DNA from: Podarcis muralis
Lineage: Eukaryota
NCBI RefSeq assembly: GCF_964188315.1
Contig: NC_135662.1
Coordinates: 57,226,001-57,290,000, forward strand
Reading direction: 5' to 3'
DNA length: 64,000 nt
The notes below the pieces were generated by a model. The model had not been told where the DNA came from. It saw nothing but the letters and a program-made list of their open reading frames with translations, and did not search any database. Shown one piece after another: positions 28,311-40,500 of this stretch (the first letter of the stretch is position 1; each line of letters opens with the position of its first letter). Made by a program: the position numbers and the translations under genes.

Positions 28311-31300
28311 TCAATATCTGTATTTGGTTGAGTAGTCCTTGGGTGATACAACAAGACCTCTACCTTTACGTGCTCCTCTATAAACTGTTTCTATGATGTC
28401 AATCATCTCTTGTTTGTCCTCCATTGCCCAGTTAATTTTGTTGTTGTTACCAGTGCCTAAATCAATCATTATATGCTTGTTTCTTAAAGAAAGGAAAGAA
28501 AAATGGGGAAGGATATTATTAATATGTTATAGTTACATAGTATTTCATGTAGCCCCCATGTTCTGCAATATATACTCCTCCCTATCTCCAAATACATTTG
28601 GGCAGGATGGAGTGATTTACTTTAATGCATATTTCCTTTATACTAAAACTAGATTAGATTAATGGGGTTTTATCCAGTGCTGTACCAGTGGTATTCAACA
28701 GAAATTCGTAGTATTACAGACATCAATAAAGTTACTCTATTCTGCAGCTTATTTAGTTGCACTACATGACACAAACGGATTCGGTCAAAAATTAGAGAAA
28801 GCCTGGAAAACACTTATCAGCTGAAAATATACAAGTTATAGTATACCTGAAGAAAAACATGACTGTACAGGGATCGTACAGTTCATACATCTTGTTGAAG
28901 TCTGGCACTTCGGTGATATCCACAAGATAAATAACAGCAAAATTTTTCACCTATGGGAGAGGAATGTGTGTTTAGAACATACTATGTTCTAAAACATTAA
29001 TTGTAAGCAAAATAGCTTCACAATACAGTGGTACCTCGGGTTACAGACACTTCAGGTTACGCGATTTCAGGTTGCGCCGGTTCCAGACCCAGAAGTACTG
29101 GAACAGGTTACTTCTGCGTTTTGGCACTCGTCCATGCGAAGCACTAAATTGCGCTTTGTGCATGTGCAGAAGCACCAAATCGCGACCCACGTGTGCGCAG
29201 ACGTGGCGCTGCGGGTTGCGAACGTGCCTCCCGCACGGATCATGTTCGCAACTTGAGGTTCCACTGTATTGAAGTTTACAGAGAAACATGCTCACTGGGA
29301 TTTGCTTCCCAAAGGATACAAGTGTTTCCCATTTTGTTTCAAAACGAAACACACACATAACAAGAACTGAAACACAGAATACGGTTTTATATTTTAGATA
29401 TGTTCAGGTCCGATCCATTTGCGCTATACCCAGTAGCAGCCAGAATTCAACGTTTGTTCTTCTGCAAGCTTTAGGAAATCTCAAGCTGTTACAGTTGTTC
29501 AGTATTAATTTGCACATAATCTTCATTAGTTTACAGCTCCCACCCAATGCAATAGGTCATACTGATACTGTGGCAGTGATGATTGAAACAGCTTAATTTT
29601 AAAAAATACACTGTTCTGCAATTGCCAATGAGTTTAGCATATAAGAGATTTGGGAAGGAGGAAAAACAAGAAGGTCAGGGTCGCCAGTGTGGTGCCTGTG
29701 GGCCACAGTGTACCCACCAGTATCTCCTATAAGACCCACAAAAAGTCTCAGTAAATATCCCTTCAAAAATTCACAATACAAGAAAGTTTGCTGTTTCTGC
29801 TCAGTTCCTGTTTACCTCTCCTATATTAGACACACACCTGTAAACACATCCATATTTCATTGGATGCCAGGACTGGATACAAAAGGTTCAAAAGGAGGTG
29901 AGGGGCTGCCGCCTCTGCAGGAAAGGGGTGACATAACTGGGCTTCTGAGCCTCACGGGGGGCCACAGAAAGAATGTAGTTGGTAAAGGGAGCCGTGGACC
30001 CAAAAAGGTTGAAAACCTCTGCAACACACTAACATACACCTAAACCTGTAAGAACTAAGTATCTATTTTTAATACAGTGAAATATATGTTTCTTAAGACA
30101 CTTATAACCCTCCTACAAGTCATTGAGAACTCTGAAAATTTAAAAATATTTGACCCTTGTGCTAGTATTAAAACCCTAAAACATGATGACAATCTCTCAA
30201 TGCTCATAGACCAGGAAATAAAAAGTCTCATTATGCCAAGGAGTTCATTTTTTATTTTGAATGCTAGAGACAGAGAGACCTCATTCCGCTTACAAAACAG
30301 TAATTTCCAGAATGGTTTTACAATCAATCCATCTCCCGGGGACTATGGGAATTGTAGCTTTGTGAGGGAATAGGGGTCTCCTAGCAGCTCTCAGCTCCTT
30401 TGACAAACTAGTTCTAAGGGTCCTTTGGGGGGATCTATGACTGTTTAAAATGGTATGACACCGCTTTAAATGTTTAGTGATGATGGGCTCAGATATGCAA
30501 CTCATAAGAACAGAAGTAGACAAATATTCTTAAAAGCCTTTTTCTTTAGCGGCACATATTGGCAAACTTTTTGTTTTGCTGGACCTGACAGGAAGTCACT
30601 GTTGTCCAAAACACGTATGTTAACTTTTACACCCCAGAACTGCATGGTTATATTGGAAATTATGCATAGTGTATCAGAGAAGGAGCATAAACAGTGGAAG
30701 AACAAGCTGCACTTACTGGAAATTCTATCTAAGAAAGTGACCAGCATGGAAACTGGAAACTTCAGTGCTCACTGTCAACTAAATTTTCTCCCAGTGCAGA
30801 ATATAACTGTAGCATAATAATAGGTTTGCATGATGGTTCTAGTGTAAATATGCAGTACAACTGATTACTCACTCTTTGTACAGCAGTGATATCCGAACAG
30901 GACTTGTAAGCAAGAAGATGAGGAAGGATCACCCTCTTTAATCTGCTATTTCTGCAGAGGGAGATGTTCAAATACAAAGTTACATTGTTCTTTTTCCCCC
31001 ACGTAAAATTTAAGTGCCAATATGCTTGCCAAGTTACTAGTTTTTCAACTACGGTGGACGCTCGGGTTGCGAACGTGATCCGTGCGGGATGCACATTTGC
31101 AACCCACAGCAGTGTGTCTGCGCACGCGTGGGTTTCAATTCAGCACTTCTGTGCATGCGCAAAGCGTGATTTAGCACTTCTGCGCATGCGCAACTGCCGA
31201 AACCCGGAAGTAACCCGTTCCAGTACTTCCGGGTTTCAGTGGTCCACAAACTGAAAAAAATGCAACCTGAAGTGTCTGTAACCCGAGGTAGGACTATATT

Positions 31301-32827
31301 ACTATCTATAAAAGTATTCCAAAGAATATTATTTCCTTTTCCTTGACATTTCCTTGACAATGTTTATCCCACCTATTAATATTTCTAGCTATATCTTCCT
31401 TTAAAATGTCAAAATACTAAATAGTTATGTCTCAATTTTGGTACATGAACTTACTATATTTGCCCTGAAGTTTAAAGTCAATTTGTCTTTTATTGCTCAG
31501 AAGCAGTAATACAAGCAATTGGATTGCCTTTAGGGTTGTTTTCATAACAGTTTGAATTCTATGCTGTTATTAATAGCATATGTATGAATTTTATTATTTT
31601 AGTTTTCACAAAAACTTCTGCAATGCAATTTTATATAAGGTTAGATCCAAAGGCGCCCTTCATGTGACAGAAAGAGTCCTATTTTATTTCAGCCCCCATA
31701 ACTTCTGCAACTACCTTTAGCATATTTGCTGCTTTAAAATATATGCCAAACCTCCTTCATCTACCACCTATCCAAGTACCATTACATTCTTTACAATGGT
31801 ATAGAACACTGTTTTTCAAACTATGTTCCAATAATGCAGAGGTTCCTGGAAGCTTGAAGGCATTCTTAATATCAGCACCCAAACTGTGGAATGCCCTTCT
31901 TTCCCAGATTCAACTGGTGCTGAAACTGATAGATTTTCAGCAACAGTTAAAAACATACCTATTCGCCCAGGTTTTTTGCTAAACTGGTATACAGTTGTGT
32001 AGCCTGCTCTCAGTGACTTATCAATCTGTTGTAAGTGATTTAAGAATTTTTAGCATTTTATTTGTTTTATGAAAATGATTTCATTGTGAGTGGTGTATTT
32101 ATTGTGTATATTGTAAAACATTCTGGGATCATTTTTAATGATAAACAGGTTAGATGAATATTAAGATCAGCATTAGGTCTACCCTAAACTATGGCTTGCA
32201 AATGCCCATCAATCTTCCTCTCTGATAAAATCCTTTTGTGATTCCAATTCAATTTCATTCATTGCAACCAGAAAGATTACAAGTTTAGGAAAGTCAGTAA
32301 CTTTTGTATTCTGGCAAGAACCAATATAATTTTTTATTATAGCATAATATAAACTTTCCTTTGCTCCCCTCCCTTGTGCCCCTCCCACAAAATTGTGCTC
32401 CAGGGGGTTGGAAGACCCTCAGGCAGGTTTCAGGAGTGCTACAGAGGGCAGAGAGGAAGTCTTGTGATACAAGAGTCTACTCACATGACTCTGGATGTTT
32501 GCGACCTTTACTGAAAAAAATATTTTACATAAAAACCATGCAGTTCAGTTGTTCCTTCTGAGATAAAAATGTAAACGAAATAATTGGCATGTTTTCTCAT
32601 AAGTTTATGTTCTTGGTTTAATATATAAATATGGATTAAATGGATACAATACAATATTAATAAAAATGAAATACCTTCTCAGCAATACTATATAAAACTT
32701 CATCCATTTTCATACATGTTGGATCCCAGTCATGCCCAAAACGAATGACCACCACACGGTCTTCTTCTGAAAGAATGGCCTGGTCTACTTGCCAGCCATT
32801 GTGTAAATGTGGAAGCATATACGACAT
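28311..32827 (-). CDS. TXNL4A: Thioredoxin-like protein 4A (U5-15K/Dim1 spliceosomal protein), 142 aa
   Basis: Coding exons 32675-32827 (MSYMLPHLHNGWQVDQAILSEEDRVVVIRFGHDWDPTCMKMDEVLYSIAEK), 28847-28950 (VKNFAVIYLVDITEVPDFNKMYELYDPCTVMFFFR) and 28311-28482 (NKHIMIDLGTGNNNKINWAMEDKQEMIDIIETVYRGARKGRGLVVSPKDYSTKYRY*). GT-AG boundaries; AATAAA on - strand at 28144-28149. Confidence 0.98.
29026..29266. mobile_element. Tc1/mariner (Tigger-like) MITE
   Basis: TIRs CAGTGGTACCTC / GAGGTTCCACTG, TA TSD. Confidence 0.85.
31052..31296. mobile_element. Tc1/mariner (Tigger-like) MITE, same family as 29026-29266, inverted
   Basis: Starts CGGTGGACGCTCGGGTTGCGAACGTGATCC (reverse complement of the right end of the 29026 copy); TA flanks. 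Confidence 0.8.
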
Positions 32828-33252
32828 TTTCAAAATATGTGTAAGACCTGTGGGAGAAAACAGAACAAGACAATAATTTACAGTTCAGGTTCACTGTGCT
32901 CAATGTTACAGGAAAAGGTTTGATTCAAGACAAAGCAATTTGTTAGATTTTGACTGGTAAATTCATGAAGTGAATTCTTGTGTAAGGCAAGCAAATTGTT
33001 ATATACCTTAGTTTACCTTGTTATTCCAGCCAAGGTTAAGCTACCACTGCAGACTGCATAGTCAGTGGTGCGACATAATTAGGAATGTGTTGATGGGGGA
33101 GGTCAATTATTCTGGTCCATGACAGTTGGTAATAAGTTCAGATTCTTCTCTCCAAAAGGAAGGAACAGAAGAACTTACAGGTGTCTTTGGGGTCTGGCTG
33201 GGATCAGCCAAAAGAAAAGGGCATGATTAAAGGTTAATGTGAAGTTCTAAAT

Positions 33253-33442
33253 CAGGCATGTCCAACAGGTCGAATGCAATCTACTGGTTGATCACTGGGT
33301 GTTCCTGGTCAATCCTGATCCTAGTCGATCTTTGGACCCCTAGCGATCTCTATTTAAAAAAAAAAGGGTAGATCACTGCCAGTTGTGTGTTTTTTTTAAT
33401 ACTGTCAGTAGATCACAGTCTCTTGGGAGTTGGACGTGCCTG
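33253..33442. mobile_element. hAT (Charlie-like) MITE
   Basis: TIRs CAGGCATGTCCAAC / GTTGGACGTGCCTG; 8-bp TSD ttctaaat/ctctaaat. Confidence 0.8.
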
Positions 33443-33759
33443 CTCTAAATGACCTGGAACCAAAAAGATAGACAGGACCGTATGATACACCCCAAATATC
33501 AACATCATTTTTAAGAGTCCCTTAAATTGAAGGCTAAACCTTCAGTTACCCTAGCATAAGGGCATTTTTGTGTTTTGTGCCCTGGATCTGTAACACCTTC
33601 CCCTGACATCGAGCCTGACCTCCTTCTAGGTGAAGTGAATATCATATGCCCAGGCCTTTTGAAACCATTTTATCTTACATCCTCTTAGTCAAGTCCTCTT
33701 CCCTCTCCTGTCTGTTCAGGTTTTGTTATATATACAATGATTGTTCTGACATTTCCAAG

Positions 33760-34560
33760 AGCCGTTCTGCACGTTTTCAAGCCGCAGAGCGACATATAAA
33801 CGCGGCCAAATAGGGTAGCGTCGTCTTGACCAGGGCTATGGCACGGGCTGTGAGATAAGAGTGGGGTAAGGAAAGCCGAGGCCGGTTTAAGGTTCCGTGG
33901 GATTCTGCAAACCCCAAGGGATGGGGAGCTTGCGGCCCTCCTAACGCTGCCGAACTCCTCCGTCTCCCGACCGTTCACCCGCCCGCGGACTCCAGCCCGC
34001 CAGATAACAGCCACTCACCGAACGCAAAGGAATAACGTCTGTAACGGCTCCCCACAGGCGCCTCGAAGGACACGTGCGCGCTCGCGACGACCGGCGGCCG
34101 CCGAACTTAGAGTCCGGCCGGGGTGGGGGTGGAGGACGGGTAAGCGCCGCCTAATGCAGCGCTACGCTTAGCCCCGTGAGGGCAAATGAAGCCGTTTGCC
34201 CGCTTTTTGTTTCGCCACTTCCGGAGAGGTTCATTTCGCGACGGAAGTGGAACGGCTGCTCTACAATCGACGCCTGAGCGATGGGGACGAGTCCATTGCA
34301 AAAAGAAAGAGAGGTAAGGGGGAACCGTTCTGGTAAAACGGGTACCTGTTGGGTAGAAGAGAGTGGTTCTGACAGCTGTGAAGTTCGCGTAGACCTTGGG
34401 ATGACGTCAACCGTTTGGGAAAGGTTGCTCGCCGAAAGCTTGTCTAGCGGAGTTCTTGGTTTTGATGGTTTCTTCCAACCCGTAAGGAAAAGCGAATCGA
34501 GAGCAAGGATTGATTGCTCGGGTCTGGCCGCAGTTCTTGCCATTGCCCCCTCCTGCGGGC
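33760..34560. promoter_or_regulatory. CpG island / bidirectional promoter of TXNL4A (-) and dehydrogenase copy A (+)
   Basis: Outward-facing splice donors: minus-strand CG|GTGAGT at 34018 and plus-strand GAG|GTAAGG at 34314. Opposed ETS motifs CACTTCCGG (~34216) and CGGAAGTG (~34241); CRE TGACGTCA at 34402-34409. Confidence 0.75.
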
Positions 34561-35608
34561 AGAGACTTGCAATTAAGACTCTTGCCAGCTTCAGACCACG
34601 TGATCCGTTTGGAAGTATATTTCTCCTAGACAGCTGTAATACATATTGTTTTTTACATAGATACAGTATGCACTTATTTTAGCACCATGTGTAAACCATG
34701 AAAACATGGGCTGATAATGCCATATTTTTGCACTGTAGACAAGGCAAAATAAACATAGCTGCCACATATGTATTTTATCCAGGTTTGCTACTGTGATGAC
34801 TTTTTCCTTGGCTCTTAACGGATAATACATTGAGCATTTATTTTTAATTGAGAAGCTTGTAAATGCTGTTAATAAATATCTGGAAACCAAGTATAAGACT
34901 GGGATACAGCCTTGTTAGAAATGTGTGTACGTACTAAGGAACAGATGTGCTGTGTGCATAGCTCACATTCAGGCAGAGCCAAGCCAGCTAAGGGGCCTTA
35001 AAAGCAAACAGTTAAAAGAACTGACTGTACTCAGTGTGTGCTGTAGAAATCAAGAAATACGCACATTGTTCAATCCACTCCCCTACCAAAACTGGTAAGT
35101 TAGTTACAGCAGAAGCTGTTGTTAATCTTGGTGTAATCTTTGTTAAAAGTTTTAAACATCATTTATTTTGAGTGATTTATTTTGTTGGCTCCACAAAGGG
35201 TTTTTAGAATATAATTGCACTGTTAACTTCCTTTTTATTCAGAAATGTCTGCTTTAGTATCAACTAAATTTTCACAACACTAGCTTAGATTTAAATTGTT
35301 GTTTCTTGGACAGGTGTTCCCAAAACACTGTGTTTAATGTAGGATTATGCTCAGAGTTAAAGCCTTCTGCTTGGCACAGTCTGTTCAGCTGGCTGCTGCC
35401 TGGGTGAAAGTCTCCAGCAAGCACTGGTCTCAGTGGGCAAAGACAAACATTACCTGTGTGCAAAGCTACAGAACTGAGCAAAACAGCACTGGGGGAGCAG
35501 CTTACCAGGCCAAGGTTAGTACCAGGAGGAAGCAAATTGCCTTGTAGAAATATTCATGTTAATGATTGAAGTGATTATTGTGATTATTTATGCTAATCAC
35601 ATAATATA

Positions 35609-35831
35609 CTGTGGTACCTCAGGTTACATACGCTTCAGGTTACATACGCTTCAGGTTACACACTCCACTAAGCCAGAAATAGTGCTTCAGGATAAGAACA
35701 GAAATCGGGCTCCAGCAGCGCAGCGGCAGCAGGAGGCCCCATTAGCTAAAGTGGTGCTTCAGGTTAAGAACAGTTTCAGGTTAAGTATGGACCTCCGGAA
35801 CGAATTAAGTACTTAACCCGAGGTATCACTG
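35609..35831. mobile_element. Tc1/mariner (Tigger-like) MITE
   Basis: TIRs CTGTGGTACCTC / GAGGTATCACTG, TA TSD; internal duplicated 17-mer CAGGTTACATACGCTT. Confidence 0.8.
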
Positions 35832-37519
35832 TATATATAAACCCATGTGCCTATATTGCATGTTAAGGCTTTGAGTGAGGGAATTACTATTCTTATCTCT
35901 AGCTTGCTGAAAAACAGAGAGTTTGTTCCTTAGCAGGAATCAGCTGAGGGTACTTGTACTAGGCGGCCATTAGTAGCCCCTGGACCAAATTATAGCCACC
36001 TATATTTAATTGCATCCTGGGAATGGAATGGGGTTGCTGCCAATCAAAGTGGCCCTTTGGCAAAACTCATTGCTGACAAAATCTGTGGTGAAATATGGGG
36101 ACAGAGAGATGTAAACTATTCCAGTGCTGCAAGACAGCTGTTCCACCACCTCTCATGTGGGTTCCATTGCCATTCTAAGAGAATGAAGGAAGTCTTCATG
36201 GTGAGTTATGGCACCTCTTTTTCTAGAAAAATAGCACTGCCCACAGCCTTCCATTTGAACACATTGCTTCATACACCACAACTGATAATTATATGGAAGG
36301 GTCCATATAATTATATGGAAGGGCATTTTCACTTAAATGAATTCCTAATACTGTCTAATACTGTATTAGACAGAAGTCCAGTAAGCATATCATAGAAGGC
36401 AGTAACTAATGGAATCCCTCTTATGTGGGTTGGAGCGTACAGATAAGGCAGAATTTGGGTGTGATGTGTATGTTTTAGTGGGGTGAGAGTTGTATATTGT
36501 GACTCAAGATATGCCTTGCCGAGAGGGAGGCTGAAGATGGAAGGGTTCCTTGACTCTTTAAGAAGTTTTTTTAAATGTGCTGCTATGTTTTGAGGTCTTT
36601 AAGATTTTATTGTTTTATGTTAGAATATATTACATTGTTTCGTAGTTTTTCATATTCATTGTTTCTTGTATATACATATTGTATTTGTTATTTTCAAGAC
36701 CACAAGGTTACTGCCTTAATATTTAAACAATATTTAAATACTGTATAGGAAACAATAATTTGCTAGGTTTTTTTCCCTGATAAATCATCAAAAGTAGTGT
36801 ATGCTGTCCTCTTACGATGATCAAAATTAGTTGATGATGGTGTTTCTGTTAAAAGATAAGCAGCTAAATCTTGTGAAGTTTTTTGTCCTATAACTGGCTG
36901 CAGCTCATTTCTTTGTACAGAAGCTGACCGTCAGAATCAAAACTGATAAAAGGCTAATTTGATCGGCATAAAGCATTCTCAGACATTTTTAAAGAGGATC
37001 CCATTCCGCTCCAGCAACTAAGCATTTTTCTGCATCTTACATGATGAATACAGCTTTATCATTACATTGTAGTGTCTTATTGCCACAACTGGGCAAGAAA
37101 ATACACATGTAGAAAGTCATCATCTGTTGCAATTAAATCCTGTTGTAAATTAAATCCTCCTGGGTATATTCTTTTTCTTATGTATTTATGCATAAAATCT
37201 TTATAAATGTCTAAACACCACCAATGTCATAGTAGTATACAACAAAATTAAAACAAAGGAAATAGAAACAAACAAAGCCGATCTCTAAAGAGAAATCCGA
37301 TACTGCCTGTGAGTCAGCTCATCCTCCTGGGAATGCTTTTAGAAATCGATGTTTTAAGCACCCAACAAAATGTAGTTATTATCAGAGACTATCTAACTGT
37401 TAATATAGAATAATGCAGAATACTGAGACTCCAGTTTACATCCTTGGATATTTTCCATTGGCTTTATGAAAGCCTAGTTTTCTGTTTAACATTTCTCATC
37501 ATCCCCTTTTTTTCAGGGT

Positions 37520-40500
37520 ATGGGAGAAAAAGAACTGCCTGGTGTTTTGATCTGTGAAATAGGAGGTGCATTTGGTGTACTGGAGAGCCATGTAGAGTTC
37601 CTTAAGAAACACTTCAATCTCATCGCCCTGAGAGAGTTTCACAGAAACAAGGACGAACTTCGTGAAAAGATCAAGTCCATTTTTGTATTTGAGTGCAGAC
37701 CTCTCATTGACCGGGAACTTCTTGAAAGCTTGCCCAGCCTAAAGGTGGTAGCAAACTCAGGGGTAGGAGTGAATCATTTGGACTTGAAACTGATTTCGAG
37801 CTTTGGAGTAAAAGTCACCAACACCCCACATGCTGTTGCTGACTCCACAGCAGACATAGGCATGGCCTTAATGCTGGCATCTGCAAGAAGACTAGTGGAA
37901 GGTAAAGTCATTTTCTTTTGCAGTTTATGTAAGTTGTTGTGGACATATTTTAGATTTTGTGGGATGTAACTTGCACTAATATGTGCAGATTTTTAGTTCA
38001 CCACTCCCAGTATCAATCAGTCCTTGGATCAGCTGATCAATAGTTACATGATAATGCCCATGATATACTGATAAATAATAATACAGGTATTTTCTCCCTT
38101 TCCTAGCTATTCAGGTACCAAGTAGAAATTACAGTAACTTTTAAACTGAAAACTATGGAGTACTGTACTCCAAATTTTGGCTTGCTTTTAGTTTGTAACT
38201 GAAATTGAGTCAGAGCCAATATCCATTTAGCTCAACATTTTATGGGTTGAAGCTCTTCAGACTCTTGAACAGATGTTTCTCTATTCCTTCCATACAAGAT
38301 CCCTTAACTAGATTTAACAGTGATGGATTCTGCTGCCTTCTTCCTTAAATTTATTCCCACCTATATTTTTATGTGCTGCTTATTGTACAAATTCTAAGTA
38401 GAAATATGCCTTCCAGGGACTCCCAGTTAGAGCTGTCTTCTGATTTTCAATAACTATTGTAAATAGTGCAGGCATGTTTTCTAATTTCTGGAATAAAGTT
38501 GTTGTAACTACTAACACTCTTGTTTCTCATTCGCTGCTGTGTGGCTTCTGCTTTTGTTTTTTAGGTTGTCATATTGCAACATCTCCAGATACCACACATT
38601 TTGCGGTTGACTGGCTGGGAGTAGAAGTTACCCGGGCCACACTTGGTATCATTGGAATGGGTAGCATTGGGTATAAAGTAGCCAAGAGAGCAAAAGCTTT
38701 TGACATGAACATCCTTTATCACAACAGGAACCGTAGGTATATCTTTGATGAAGGTGTTGTACAGTGCAGCCCATGCAAAATTAACATGGGAGTAAGTCTC
38801 ATGGATCTCAGTGGGGCTTACTCCTGAGTAGACAGGTACAGGACCTCATCCTTAGTTATTTAACTTCCAATGTATTGGTAATCTAGGTTTCAATGTCTGT
38901 TGGAAGCAGTTGTTCGAAACTATCAATCTCTGCACCATGTTACAGTGTCAGTCTGTGTGTAGTCATGGAGGCTAAGGGGCTGAGACAAAAGCAATTCCTC
39001 CTTCACTTGAGACTATTTTCATCTCTACCATTAAAGTGAAAAAGTCACTGTATGGTAGGGTTGCCATATTTCAAGAGGTAAGAGTCTGGACACAAAAAGT
39101 TGTTGGGCTTCCTTAGGGCAATCACCCAATAGCCCCTCCTCCACTGCTGAGCCTGAGCTGGCCACACCAGAGCCCGGGTCACCAGAGACTGAACCAGAGC
39201 CACCCCACACACAAAATAACCCCCACCAAAAATCCAGGACATTTGCTTTAAAATGTAAAATCACACACCCCCGATGGGCATGTAGGACTCCCAAAAGAGG
39301 GCATGTCCGGGAATTACTGGACATATGGCAAACCTACGTGTATGGTGATTCTTCTTGCTAATATTTGAACACTGAAGTGGAAACAAGTGATTTTTAAAGA
39401 CATGATGATTTTCAGACTTACAATATGGTAAAACGACCACACACACACACACACCCTGCCTGTTCAGAATTAATATATAAATCAGGGTTTATTAGATTTT
39501 TGTCTTGAATCTCTTTTTGCAGCATGCACAGCGCGACACATACAAAATAAGGGTAATTCTGCTTCTCTCCAGTATTGGCAATCAACACCTAAAGCAGGGC
39601 ACACAAGAAGGCGCACTAGAAGACTAGAAGATCTTTTCAAAGATAGTAATCATTTTTTAAAAAACCACCGCTAGCCAGAAATACATGCAGGCTCCCATGT
39701 TCCTCAAGTTTTCAGATTCTCATGATCAGCCAGCATCCTTTAGCAATGCCCTTTGGCTGCCTTGAAAGGCACCATGCAAGGAGTAACACTGATGTTCACA
39801 TGGATGCTGCATTGAATTGGGAGGGATGCAGTGGACTTTAAATGTTGCCTTTTGACCTAAAATTTGGCTACCCATAGGAAAGAATCTACGAGGAGCTCCC
39901 AGCCCCTGTCAAGTATTTGTTCTGCCCGGGCAGCTCCAGAAATGAGAGTTACTAGTTGTCAGGGGTTCAGGAGCAGAGGCAAGGGCAAGGGAGGAAACAG
40001 AGAGCGAAGGGGAGGAGGCAGAAGAAAAGATGAGCGATGACGACGACCCGAGATCTCCGAGCCTGTCCAGTGAATCGGAGGATTCACAGAAAGGAGCACC
40101 AGTGGCCAGGGCAAGGGGGGAGTTTAGGGGGGCACCCCAGGAAGATAGAGCCAGAGGGGACTCAGAGGAGAGCAGTTGGAGATCGGGACCAGCGTCACCG
40201 CCAGAGAACAGAGAAGAGGAAGGGAGCCAGGGGGCAAGCGCTGGCAGCTCACAACAGGAGGGAGGGCACGAGTCAGGAGTGGCCACACCTCCATCTGGGA
40301 GCGAAGAGACGGTTAGACGGAAGGTGGAAGGTTGGGCGCGCGCGCCAAGTTCAAATGCACAGGAAGGCGACGCAGTAGGCAGCCCGGAAAGGGAGCCGGG
40401 TCCTAAAGCCCGGCGCAAGGAGACAGGAGGGTCCGGGGGGTCAGCGTCAGAAGAATCCCGGAAGGAAGAGACCCAGGGGGGCAGAGGGACCCAGAGAAGA

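Noticed and set aside
30077-30373. 98-aa ORF in TXNL4A intron, possible transposase fragment
   Set aside because: No recognisable motif; the 3' part runs into a common palindromic MITE-like repeat.
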